Origin: Azolla caroliniana
Taxonomy: Eukaryota; Plantae; Polypodiophyta
Length of the DNA: 64,000 nt
Direction: 5' to 3'
Assembly (NCBI GenBank): GCA_043228905.1
Contig: JBHGNT010000003.1
Location: forward strand, 2,790,001-2,854,000
In this document: in pieces, positions 1 to 12,258 of the stretch
Position numbering within the stretch: the first letter of the stretch is position 1
Layout of the letters: each line of letters starts with the position of its first letter
Notes under the pieces: model-generated
The model's input: the letters and a program-made list of their open reading frames with translations, nothing else
Told to the model about the DNA's origin: nothing
The model's database searches: none
Position numbers and translations under genes: made by a program

Positions 1-2189
1 CATTTTCGGGAGAAAAATCCGCATTCGGGCAACCGGAGATCTTGGTGGTAGGTCACTTGTGTGGAGCATACGGCCGGAAGCCCTCGCCATCCAAAGTGAA
101 CGCAATCCAAGACATGAAAGAAGAATGCGAAAACCAAACGGAGGTTCGAAGGTTCCTTGGAGCGTGCGCGTTTTATCATATATGGATTCCTCACTACGCT
201 CATGTCGCCGAACCGTTATATGGACTACTAAAGAAAAGAATAAAGTTCGAATGGCGAGACGAGCACACAGAGGCGATGCGAAGATTAAAGAAACTGCTTC
301 TTGAAGCTCCGGCACTAAGGAAGGCCGACTATGCCGAAGGGAAACCAATTTATGTGACCGTAGATACGAGCCCAACCGGAATCGGGTGGGTCATCAATCA
401 AGAAGGTGAAGATAATGCGTGATATGCCGTCCGGTTCGGAGCAAAGGTTCTCAGCGAACGACAACAAAGATATGCCCAAGTCAAGCGGGAACTTTGGGGT
501 ATTGTGTCGGCAGTGAAGACGGACAAAGATTACCTGATCGGATCAGAAGTGATAATAGAGACAGATTGTCTCCCAATTCTCGGAATGGTCTCGGGATGTG
601 CGACCCTAGATCTTGCTATGCTAAGGTGGATCGCCTACATCAAGTCTTTAAACCCAGAGATCCATCACATCGCCGGGAAGAAGAACGCCATGGCTGACAT
701 GCTGTCGAGGGCAAGATTTTCAAATGGAAGTAACATGGTTTCGGAAGATGAAGATGTCGCCCTCGACTTCTTCAAGATGGCTCGATTGTCGGCGGAAGAC
801 CAGGACACGCAAACCCTCCACGCCTTCAACGAGAATGAGTACGAAGGAGAATGGTTACTCATCGGTAGATTCCTAAGAACATTGACGACAGATGCTTCGT
901 TGACAAAGGAGGAGGCCCTACGAATCCGAAAGAAAGCTTACCGATACTTCTTGAAGGGAGGATTCCTTTGGCGACATCCAAAAAGAAGGAAAGGAATACC
1001 ACGTCGAGTGGTGGTAAAGAAAGAAGAGCAAGAGACGCTGATGACCGAATTCCACGAGAGTGCTTGGGCAGGTCATAGAGGAACATGGGCGACGTTCGAA
1101 AAGTTGAAGGAGAAGTACTAGTGGCCAAGCATGTACAAAGATGTACTCCATTTCGTGTCCACATGCGAAACTTGCCAAGTATATTCAAATATACGTCATC
1201 GTGATGAGTTAAAGCCGACATACCCACTCACCATTCACTTCAAATGGATGGTGGATCTGGTCTCGATGCCAATGGGAGTGGGACAAATGAAGTACTTAGC
1301 GCTCGCAAGGGAAGACTTGACAAATCAAGTGGAAGGACGAGCCTTGACAAATAAGACGACTTCAGCTGTTTGTAAATTTTTACTTGAAGATGTTGTTTGC
1401 CGATATGGATGTGTAGGGAAGATAGTGGCCGACCGAGGGGAGTTGGACGCGCACGAAGCGACGGAGCTCTTCGAAAGACTAGGCGTGAAGCTCTCCCTCA
1501 CGACTACCTACAATCCGGAAGCAAATGGGAAGATCGAGCGAGGGCATGGACCTATCGTTAAAGCCATCGTACGGGCATGCAACGGTCGAGTCGGGAATTG
1601 GCCACGACTATTACCCTATGCCTTGTGGGCCGATAGAACGACACATAGCTCGGTAACAGGGTATATGCCGACGGAGCTTATGTATGGACAAAAGCCGATT
1701 ATGCCCATCGAAAGGACGATCGCCTCATGGGTAGCGATACCGTGGGAGAACGAGATGAGCCGAGAAGAGTTATTAGCGGCGCGGATAAGGCAACTTGAAA
1801 GAAGACCTGAAGATTTAGAAAAAGCGCGAAAGATGATGAAGGCAGCCCGAGTAAAGAACAAAGTTCGGTTCGACAACACGCATCGACTTCGTCCCAAGAA
1901 GATTGAAGAAGGGGATTGGGTTTTGGTTTACGACAGCACCCTTGACAATCAACATAGTACAACAAGGAAGTTCGCAAGAAAATGGTTCGGGCCGTATGTG
2001 GTGACAAGTGCCAACGATAATGCCACATACCACCTTGCGGAACTAGACGGATCAAGGTTGGCCGTACCCATTGCGGGAAAAAGAGTAAAGCTTTTTAAGA
2101 AAATACAAGACAAGGATCCTGACCTCGATTACCTCGACGATGAACATAATAGGCCGGATGAAAATGAAGACATGGAGGAATCTAATTGA
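1..2189 (+). mobile_element. Ty3/gypsy element A, 3' part of pol (RT end, RNase H, integrase), disrupted by premature stops
   Basis: ORFs 42-422, 504-1121 and 1131-2189 give VRRFLG, RNase H (VDTSPTGIG, TDCLPIL), integrase zinc finger (H..GH...C..CQ), core VDLV/VADRG/YNPEANGKIER and W.GPY; RT-RH-INT order is gypsy. Stops at 420-422 (TGA) and 1119-1121 (TAG). Confidence 0.95.
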
Positions 2190-2261
2190 TCATCATAGCC
2201 GAAATCTCACTTCTTCTCTTCTTGGCACGTACCGGAGGACGTGCGGTTTGGTGGGGGTGGA

Positions 2262-3257
2262 TGTCGTGAAGATTTTCGGCAATAGTGTGAAAATCCCATA
2301 AAACGTACAAAATCGAGTATGAATCATGTAGTACAATAATTGTGAAGATAACATTTTTAATATCTAAGTACAAAATGATGGAGGTTTCGAATGCACTTTA
2401 TTACACGAGAAATGGACAACTAAATGTCAAGATATGAGGGTATAAAGTTTGTGAAAAGAAAAGAGAAAATTGTGAGATATCCCACATAGGCACGACAAAT
2501 ACGGCTCTCATCATATATAAGGTGGAGCAAAAGATATTATCTTTGTGTCTATGTGTGGAGCATTGAGAGTTCAAGGTAACTTGAACTTAGAGTGGAGGTG
2601 GCTAGCTACTCGAAAAGGGTTTTGGCCAACCAAAACCAAACCGGCGATGGAGCCGGTGATCCAACCGCAATCCGGCGGCGGCATGCGGCACCAGTTTCCG
2701 GCGTCGACGGCGGCACCGGTATCCGGCGTCGGCATCCGGCGACTAGATAAAATAAATATATAAAAATATATACATATTTTACATATACAAGGAGGGCAAG
2801 TATAGATTCGAACCTTGCACCTCCAAGTTAGGAGTCAAATGGCTTACCATTAAGCCATAGTATTTAGTTGAAATTATATTTCTATCATTGTAGTTTTACA
2901 TGTAAATTCTCATCCATGAGTGCTAAAATGAGTGACATGGTTAGCATGCACCACATGTAATACTTAAGCGCCAAATGGCAAACATGGAATTTATGCATGT
3001 CTTGTACCCTCACATGCATCATATGCATGAGAGCATCTATAAAAGAGGGAAGGGGGAGGAGAAAAACACGGTTTTTTTTATGAAAATTAAGAAGAAGAAA
3101 TTCGTTATCAAATCAATCGTGTAATCTCATCTTCTCTCTTTCCCAATCTATCTTAAGTACTTTCTCGCCAAAGCTTGTATCGACTCTAAATCCTTCTGGT
3201 CCAGAACCCCGGCGGTTCCGCCTCACGATCCGCGCATAGTGACGGATCTTCACGACA
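2262..3257 (+). repeat. 3' LTR of gypsy A (~996 bp)
   Basis: TG...CA ends with a perfect 12-bp terminal inverted repeat (TGTCGTGAAGAT ... ATCTTCACGACA); G-rich PPT-like GGTGGGGGTGGA at 2250-2261; gag sequence of another element resumes at 3258. Confidence 0.9.
2792..2867 (-). other. tRNA-derived module (Pol III A box + B box) inside the gypsy A LTR
   Basis: Minus strand reads TGGCTTAATGG (A box) ... CTCCTAA (anticodon-loop-like) ... GGTTCGAATC (B box) at tRNA-like spacing; the acceptor stem does not pair, so it is not a functional tRNA. Confidence 0.65.
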
Positions 3258-6200
3258 CCGCGCACCCCCTGAGGAGGAATTACGGACTATATTCCTAAAT
3301 GCGCTCAGAGAACCCCTACACACGGTTTGCACGGTAATCGACTTCCACACAAGTACCATCGACCAGGTCATTGACCGGGTGAGAGAGATGGAAAAGACAA
3401 GCTTATGGCTCACACTGGGAGCACTTCAACGGGCGTTACCGTCCAATGAAGACCTTCGGTTTCGGCAAGCAATACAATGCATAACCTGCTTGAATTCCGG
3501 GCACTCGGCTCTACAATGCACTATGAGGACGCAATGTGTAATCTGTCAATCCAAGAGCCATACGATGGATAGGTGCGAGTATAATCTGTTAAACCGGCAA
3601 GTACCGCCCGTCCGACAAATTGAGCCACGCAGCAGCCGGGATGAAGACGAATGCAGGCGGCGAATGGACCGTGACCGACCGGCACAGGATGTCCGGTATG
3701 GCGATCGATGGGAAAATGATGTCCGGTATGACGATCAGCGGGATAACTATGACCGGCATGATCGGTACCAGGATTACAATAGACGATACGAACATTACGA
3801 CCGGGAGCACTCCCCCGGGTATCGTCAGCAACGGGAGGAATACGGTAGATATAACGAGCAACCCCGTCAAGAGTACCGTAATAAGAAGAGCTATAACAAA
3901 AAACGACATTTTAAAAAAAGCAGCTCCCCCGGGATCCGGAACAAGGAGCTCCAAGCAGCCAACCGGTACAAAACCCCGCCCGTACCGCAGGACCTGCCCC
4001 GGGTACGACAGACAATGCCGAATCTAGCAATACCCGGAAGGCCTACTGCTACTACTGCCGATAGGAAGGCCATTAAAGTAACCAAGGCCCGGTGAAGAGC
4101 TATGAAAAACGACCGGCAGTAAATATGGTAGTCCCTAAGGTGGCAGATCTGCAGCAGGTAACCACAAGGTCGAAGGGCATGGCCAAAGAATGGGAGACAC
4201 AGGAGACCATCCGGAAACAAGCAACGGAATGGGTAAAGAAAGCAAACGAGCAGAATGTCACAGACTTATAGCGGCAAAAGGAGAACACCGCAAGGCTTGC
4301 CGGTGGTAGTCACTCCGAGAACGAGACATGGCAGGCGTTTCAAGAATGCCAGATTACGTTACCACTAGGAAGACTCCTACAACTCGTGCCAAGATTCACG
4401 GAAGGACTGAAGACGGCCATGACGGCACCGGTACTCTTCTCGAATCCGGAGGAGGGCCCAACGGTGGTGGACACCAGCAGTCCGATAATCACTACCATTG
4501 TAAAAGGGAAAGAACTCCCCGGCATAGTTATAGACGGAGGCTCTGGGGTAAATGTAATAAGCCTCCGGATGTGTGATGCCCTAGGAATCCACGAGTGGGA
4601 GCCGTGTCCGTTCTAGTTGCGGATGGCCGATACAAGCTCAGTGCGGCCGACAGGATTAATACGGAAATTAGAAGTCATCGTGGGCGGTCATACATTTCAC
4701 ATCTCGGCCGTAGTGCTACAATTACAGGCACAAGGCGCATACCCACTATTGTTGGGGCGGCCATGGTTGAAAACGGCACATATCAAACAGAATTGGCGAA
4801 AAAATATAATTACCTTTCGGCGAGGAAAAGCCAAGGTACGGGTACCAACACAGCCAAGGACGAGCAGTGGCAAGGAATGTACACCATTGTATGCGGAATG
4901 CGTCAACATGCTAGAAGAGTTAGCGGATGAAGAAGAAGCTCAGTACCTGCAGGAAAACCCGAAGATCATACCTCTCTTCGAAATTGACATTGCCGAAGCA
5001 GTAGCACCATACTTACCGCAACCGGAAGAGGCTGAAGCAGAACCGGATAAAGACGCAATCCAGGCGTTACGGCAAGCGCAGGAAGCGTTGGAACAGGAAA
5101 TGGCCGTTTCACAGCGCGTAAAAGCATCGCAACTGGAAGAGGTGAATTTAGGGACCACGGAAGAAGCAAAACCGGTGCACATCGCCAAGGAGATGAAGTC
5201 CGAAGACAAAACGGCGATGATCACACTTCTCACGGAATTTCGCGATGTATTCGCCTGGTCATACGAAGACATGCGAGGACTCGACCCTCAATTATACAAA
5301 CATCAAGTGCACTTGAGCAAGGACGCAAAACTAGTGGCACAAAGACGGTACCGGATGAATCCCAATTATGCCGCCAGGGTCAAGGAAGAAATCGACAAAC
5401 TGCTAAGAGTTGGCTTTATCCGTCCGGTAAAAAAAGCGACATGGCTGAGACCGATCGTAGTCGTACCGAAGAAGAACAGAAAAATTCGAGTTTGCGTGGA
5501 CTACCAGAAACTCAATGCGGCTATGGTAACAGATGCGTTTCCACTTCCGTTCACAGATGGAGTGTTGGATGTCGTCGCCGGCCATGAGGTCTATAGCTTC
5601 CTAGACGGATTCAGCGGGTATAATCAGATCCGGATGCACCCCGACGACCAAGAGAAAACGGCATTCGTCACCGAATGGGGGATGTTTGTGGCCGTGGTGA
5701 TGATGTTCAGACTCAAAACGGCACCGGCAACATTTCAACAAATCATCATGGAAATCTTTGGTGAATATATACCGGCTTTTATGCAGGTTTTCCTTGACGA
5801 TTTCGCCGTCTATAGCCGGCAGGAGGACCATTTTCAGCACCTCCGTCTTTGTCTAGAAAAGTGTAGAGCGTACCGGCTAAGCTTGAATCCGGCAAAGTGT
5901 GTATTTAACGTGTCCAGTGGAACTCTATTGGGACATATTGTGAGCCAGGAAGGTATCGCAGTCGACCCAGACAAAGTGAAAGCCATATTAGAAGCACCGG
6001 CGCCAGTAACGGCAAAGGCATTAAGCCGGTTCTTAGGCCAAATCCGGTGGCACAGCCGGATGCTCCGATACTTGGCTGACCTAGCTACACCGTTGCATGC
6101 CGCCGTACATCGGACACCATTCAGTGGACCGACACCGAGAATAGAGCGTATAGGGCCCTCAAGGTACTATTGTCGCAGGCACCGATAGTACAACCTCCGG

Positions 6201-8045
6201 ATTGGAGTAAAGAATTTCACGTGTTCGTGGACGCCTCCGACATCACAATCAGAAGCGTACTGATGCAACTTACGGAACCAAAGTGGTACCGGCCAGTGTA
6301 CTATGCCAGCCGGAAGCTATCCCAAGCAGAACGGAACTACTCTACTACGGAACGCGAAGCTCTAGGGATGATCTACCGTGTGACAAAGTTTCGGCATTAC
6401 TTATTGGGAAGGAAGTTTTCCTTCCATGTAGATCATTCGGCACTCCTTTACCTGGTGTCCAAAGCGTCACTCACCAGCAAATTGGCCCGGTGGACCTTAC
6501 CGTTACAGGAGTTCGAGTTTGAAATATTCCACCGACCCGGTATACAACATGCCGTGGCGGATTACTTAAGCCGATTAGAGTCCGGAGAGACGGGGGACGG
6601 AGTAGCGGATGAGTTTCCGGATGCGGAGCTGTTTCGAGTCACTACGGAGACGGTAGCAGATGAGACGGTGGCACAGGAAGACAAATGGCTGACAAATATG
6701 CACCAGTTTCTGAGCACAGGACTGCCTCCGGAAGAGATGAACCGGGATGAACGGAAATGCCTGGCGGTGCAAAGCCGACATTTCTGCTTACTGCAAGACA
6801 CACTGTACCACAAGGGCGCGGACGGCATCTGGAGACGGGCGGTGCGCAGCGATGAAAAGGAACTGATACTGAGGGAAGCCCACTGCGGAGTTGCCGGAGG
6901 TCACTATGACGGAGATGCGAGGACCAGGAAAATATGGCAAAGTGGCCTATGGTGGCCAACGACACTAAGAGATGCGGTACGATACGCAAAAGAATGTGAC
7001 CTATGCTAGAGAATGCACCAGCCAACGGAGCAGGCTCGTATGCCACACCAGCCGGTACTACCACTCGAGCCATTCCAGAAGTGGGGGCTGGACTTTGTAG
7101 GACCCTTCAAGCCACCGGCAATGACAACGGGTAATCGGTACGTCATCGTTGCTACGGATTATTGCACGAAATTGGTGGAGGCCAAAGAATTAAGGGATAA
7201 CACCGTTGCGTCAACGGCGAAGTTTCTATATGAGTACATCTAGTGCCGTTACGGATGCCCAATTGAATTAATAAGTGACCAAGGGGGGCACTTTCTCGGC
7301 CAAGTAGTGGAAAGCCTGACGACATTCTATGCCGTTGTCCACAAACGAAGCACACCTTATTATTCAGAGGCGAACGGTTTAGCGGAATCAACAAACAAGA
7401 CGCTCCAGAATATCCTCCGGAAGATGTCAACGAAAACCGGATGGATTGGGACACAAAGCTACATACAAAACGAGCATCCGAACAACACCGTTCCGGTTAG
7501 CTTTCGGACTCGAGGCGGTAATGCCGGTAGAATTCCAAGTACCCAGCTTACGGATCCAGCTACGGGAACGGCTGAACGAGAAGGAGTCGGAGGCAATACG
7601 GTTGACAGCGCTGTGTGAGCTCGAGGAACAACGACTGGCCAGCATCCTACATTTAGAATTGGAGCAACGGCGATGGAAAGCATTTGTCGACCGGCACAGG
7701 AAAGGTAACGAAAAAATGTTCGCAATCGGCAAACTGGTGTTAGTATTCGAAACCCGGATTGGCAAGATGCCGGGTAAACTACGGTTTAGATGGACCGGAC
7801 CGTATTGGCTAACACGGTAGTATAATGGGTCCTACCAGTTAGGGACACTTGCCGGCGAAGTGCTAGGCAAATGGGTCAACGGATTCCGGTTGAAGGCATA
7901 TAGAGGACCGATGCCTAAGAACCCATTTGAGCAAAGGACCGACACCAGTGAGGGAAACGGTAACCACCAAGACGGCCGAGAAGGCGAGCCAGTAACTGGG
8001 GAGAATGAGGCCGGTAAGGGTCCGAGAGGACCAACGGACAAGTGA
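3258..8045 (+). mobile_element. Ty3/gypsy element B gag-pol (5' part displaced by insertion of element A), with stops and frameshifts
   Basis: Gag with two CCHC knuckles (CITC..SGH....C, CVIC..KSH....C) and a degenerate third near 4045; protease IDGGSG; RT (DVFAWS, FLDGFSGYNQI, FLDD); RNase H (FVDAS, YYASRKL, NYSTTEREAL); integrase (WGLDFVGP, SDQG, EANGLAE, W.GPY). Confidence 0.95.
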
Positions 8046-9786
8046 CGTCACACTAATAATAATAATAACTAAAAAAAAAAAAAAACAATCATGGAAAAGC
8101 GAGGAATGAATGGATGAAAGAGCGAGGAGCGAAAAGGTACGTAGTGGGCATTTAAAGCGCCACCACAGGACATAATGCTATTTTAGTACACGACATGCAC
8201 ACACTCAAAAAAGGCACCAGAATGCACAGACAAAAACCACTGCGCGTAGAGATCCTCTACTTTCACGAACCCAGGAGCACAGAAGCACCAAGACGCTGCA
8301 AGATCATCAGACGAGAACCTGCGCACAGAGAACCCCCGCCTTCTGAACTCTCTCTTTCTCAACCTCACTGTGTGCATCTTCTTCATGGAATCCTCTCTAT
8401 TCTCCCTTCTCTTTCTCCTTCTACTTCTTCTGTGTCGTTTCCCGCCATGTCTTCCTCCTTCTTTGGTTCTTTTTCTTCCTTTCGTTTTCTTTTGTTCTGT
8501 CTCATTTTCTGCTTTGTACTTCATCTTTCTCTTCTTTCTATCTTCCTCTTTTGTTTTGCATCTCCCTTCTTCCTATGGTTGTTTTTGCTTCCTCTTCTTC
8601 TGATGTTTTGTGTGTTTCCATTTTTGTCTCTGACTTTGGTTCCGGACCCGTCTCCGTCCGTCGTCCTTCGTCTCTTCATTGTCCGTCGGCGTCTCTATCT
8701 CTGTCACTGGCTGCTGATCCGTCGGCGTCGGCGTCGGTGTCACCTCCTCCCGGTCATCCTTCTTTATTGTTGTCTTTGTCTAGCTAGTCCGTCCGCTCTA
8801 GCCACTCCAACCACTCTCCGGCTGTTGTTTGGCCGTCATTCCAGTCGCTACGGTCACTCTTTGGCTACTCTCCGGCCATTTCGACTGTTCCTTGGCCATT
8901 GTTCTTCTATCGTCATCTCTGTCTCGTCGCTTGTCTGTCTATGACCGGCCGCTTTTGTTCATCGGTGGGGACTTTCCTTTAGCACTCTCTGTTCAGCCCT
9001 CTAGCGGCTCCGTTCCCGTATCTGTTGCTTCCCTCTGTCGCTCTGTGTCTATCCGCTGCCACTGTCTATTGTCTTTCGGTTCGTATCGACCGGTTGTCCG
9101 GTAGTCCGGTCCGGAGGTCTCTGTTTTGGCGCCGTTCGGCCACTATGACCGCTCTTAGGTCGCTCTCTGGCCTCGTCCAGCCGCTCCGGTTGCTCCAACT
9201 ATTGTCCGGCTGTTTCCGGTCCTTCCGACTGCTCTTTCCACAGTCTGGCCCATCAGGCCATGTCTGTCCGGTCCATCTCCAGACATCTCTGTCACCGGCC
9301 TTGTCGGCGCTATTCAGCCAATCTGCAGTTGGCCGTCCGTCCTGTGGCCACTCTGTTCAGTCGTCATATGGTTGTTGGCCGTTGATATCTGATGGTTGTC
9401 TCTTTCATCACACGTTCTTGCACACACACGTTGCTAGTTCTCGTACACTTGCACATCTGTATCGCTGCGTCTCATTCTGTGACTTTTCTAGGACATTGTG
9501 ATCACCATTTGCTGCGCAACATCGATTCGATTTATCGTACATTCTTCCACTCCGTCCATTCATTGACTTCTTTGCAGACATCCTCATCACATATCATGCT
9601 TCAACTCCGTCTCGCACTTTGCCACCGTCATTTGTCGCTAATCGCAACCGCACACTCGCGTATCTATGTCGTCGTTACTCACACATGTCCACCATTTCTT
9701 GCACTTGGTCACTATGTCTTGCATCGCCGCGTATCATTCTTCGACTCCGTCTCGAAAGGGGGGTTGCCTTAGTGGTCACCAAAATG
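8046..9786. other. long non-coding 3' region of gypsy B, pyrimidine-rich on + from ~8340
   Basis: A-tract near 8071-8085, A-rich to ~8340, then C/T-rich low-complexity sequence to ~9750; ends GAAAGGGGGG-TTGCCTTA-GTGGTCACCA-AAATG. Confidence 0.6.
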
Positions 9787-10154
9787 TGTTATAGGTTGTT
9801 AGAGTTAGGGTTAGGGTTAAGGATGATGATGGTTAACGATGACGAAGATAGACATGGTGAAATAACAAAGATGATGAAGAGTATGATGGTGAGAGAGATT
9901 GACATGAAGTTGTTGAGAATTATTGAGAAGCATTGCGGGGTAAGGATGACATTGATGAGCATTGCGGGGTGGGGGGTGGTGCCTAGAATGGCTCCACCCC
10001 CCACCCCACAATGCTTCTCAATGCTTGTCTTGTTCTCTATATGATCTCTCTCACCATCATACTCTCCATCACCATGTCTATCTTCATTACCAATTATTAT
10101 AGTTATCATTCATCATCATCGTCGTCCTTAACCCTAACCCTAAAACTTACAACA
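9787..10154. repeat. fold-back (imperfectly palindromic) LTR-like terminus of gypsy B with TTAGGG repeats
   Basis: TGTT...AACA ends; mirrored blocks TTAGGGTTAGGGTTAAGGA / TCCTTAACCCTAACCCTAA, GAAGATAGACATGGTGA / TCACCATGTCTATCTTC and GAGTATGATGGTGAGAGAGAT / ATCTCTCTCACCATCATACTC around a central G-rich/C-rich hairpin; copia coding sequence resumes at 10155. Confidence 0.75.
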
Positions 10155-11883
10155 GAAAGAAATTATGGAGATCACTAAACCATTAGAAGTAGTAATGGGT
10201 GATCTTTCTCCCGAAGTGGATTTTGCACAAGATAATTTAGAAATTCTTGATGATGATGATTTTTCCCTTAGTGCTGAAGAAGACATTCATGGACCGGATA
10301 GTGTCAAGTGGAAAGAAGCAATGCAACTTGAGATTGATGCTTTGCTAAAGAATGACACTTGGAAACTTATTAAACCTCCAGAAAACTGAAATATCATCTC
10401 ACTAGGTTTTGACCAAGAAGTTTGATTCACAGGGAGCTCTACTTCGACACAAGGCACGACTTGTTGCTCGAGGGTTTTCACAAGTTCTAGACCTTGACTT
10501 CACAACCACTTTTGCCCCAACTCCAAAAGCAGTTCAGCTAAGGTTTATGTTTGCTATAAGTGCTGGCTTAAACCTAGAATTATACCATCTTGATGTAGAA
10601 ATGGCTTTCCTTCATGACGACTTGGATCAGGAAATTTATATGGAGGAACCTCCCTTCTTTGTAAATCCAAAGAATCCTCATCATGTGTGCAAACTCAAGA
10701 AATTCTTATATGGTCTCAAACAATCACCTAGAATGTGGCATTTGAAGCTGCATACTTACCTTGAATCTACTGGATTCAAATGTCTTCAAGTAGAACCAAA
10801 TTTATACATCCAAAAGGAAGGTAAAAATTTTATACTTCTTGGTGTCTATGTTGATGACCTCCCTATTGCTTCATATTCAATTAATGCTATGAGGGAGACC
10901 ATCTCCCAACTAAAAATGATGTTTCCAGTCAAAGACTTAAGAACAATGGAGTTTTGCCTTGGTATCAAAGTTACTCGAAACCGAATGGAAGGTACTCTCA
11001 CTCTTTAACAAATGAAGTTCGGAAGATATATTAAAGAAATTGACATGGCTAATTGCAAACCTATTTAAACACCAATGACAATACCATGCAAACTATCTTC
11101 TAATGATACTCCACAAACTATAATGGACGAGAAAATCATGGCATCGCTTCCATATCGCCAAATTTTAGGAAGTGTCCGGTATTTGGTAAGTTGTACACGA
11201 CCAATTTATCTTTTTGTGTTGGTTTTCTATCTAGGTTTATGCAAAATCCTGGAATAGCACATTGGCAAGCCCTAAAGTGGGTTCTCCGCTACCTACAACA
11301 TACCAAATCCATGGTACTTACTTACCGCAGCTTCCAATTCTAGAATTCATCCCAACTGAACAGATGGCTTTATGCTCCCCTACAAGGTTGGATGTATTCT
11401 GATTGGGGAGGGGATATTGACACCTCTCGACCAACCTCTAGTATGCTCTTCACATTTGCTGGAGGTGCTATAGAATGGCGAAGTAAAAGACAAATTTCGG
11501 TGGTGTTGTCAAGTATTGAAGCAGAGTATGTAGCAGAAGCTCTCACAGGCAAAGAAGGAATCTGGATTAAGGCAATTATTGAAGAGCTTGACGTTTTCAA
11601 ACTCTCACAAATGAAAACCTATTGTGACAATCAGTCGTGTATAAAGTTAGTTGAAAACCCAAAGATCATAGATCAAAACAAACACATTAGAGCTCGACAT
11701 CACTTTATAAGAGAATTGGTAGCAACTAAAGAAATGATTTTACAATTCACTTCAACAAGCACCATGTGGGTTGATTTCTTAACAAAACCTGTCTCAAGCC
11801 AAAAGCATTGGTTGTGTTGTTCTAAAATTGGCCTTAGTTTACTAAACCCTAAGAAGAAATAAATTGCTTACCTTAAGGGGGGG
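10155..11883 (+). mobile_element. Ty1/copia remnant (RT, RNase H, PPT), host of the gypsy nest
   Basis: WKEAMQLE..AL.KNDTW, KARLVARGF, LDVEMAFLH, LYGLKQSPRMW, VYVDD, YSDWGG, SSIEAEY, CDNQS, KHIRARHHF; PPT AAGGGGGGG at 11875-11883. Confidence 0.93.
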
Positions 11884-12173
11884 TGTTAGAACATTATTAA
11901 TGTAAGCAATATATATATTAGGATATTAGAAAATACTTACCATGAATAAAGAACCATGAAGCTTCACATGTGACTGTTTTTACTTCAAGAACCGTCAAGG
12001 TTCATATGTAACTGCTTTCCAAGATTGTACCTATATATTTACCATAAATAGGATCTTTGTAATCTCACATACTTATAGTATGAACTGCTCCAAATCTGAT
12101 TGGTTACAATGTCTTGCCATGAAACTCTTCACGCGCAATGCCTTAGAATGATCAATAGTAGAGCTCCCCAACA
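11884..12173 (+). repeat. probable 3' LTR of the copia remnant (right end uncertain)
   Basis: TGTTAG immediately after the PPT; candidate end CCAACA at 12168-12173. Confidence 0.5.
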
Positions 12174-12258
12174 TTTGATACAATGATCCTATGGTTAGGA
12201 TTCGAGGGGAACATGAGAGTGGCTTGATCTCACACAATGCTTAGGGAGGCTTCCAGAT

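Noticed and set aside
8195-8944. 249-aa hydrophobic ORF at an env-like position after gypsy B pol
   Set aside because: C/T-rich low-complexity DNA lacks stop codons and yields F/L/S by composition; several overlapping frames are also open. Not called without conservation data.
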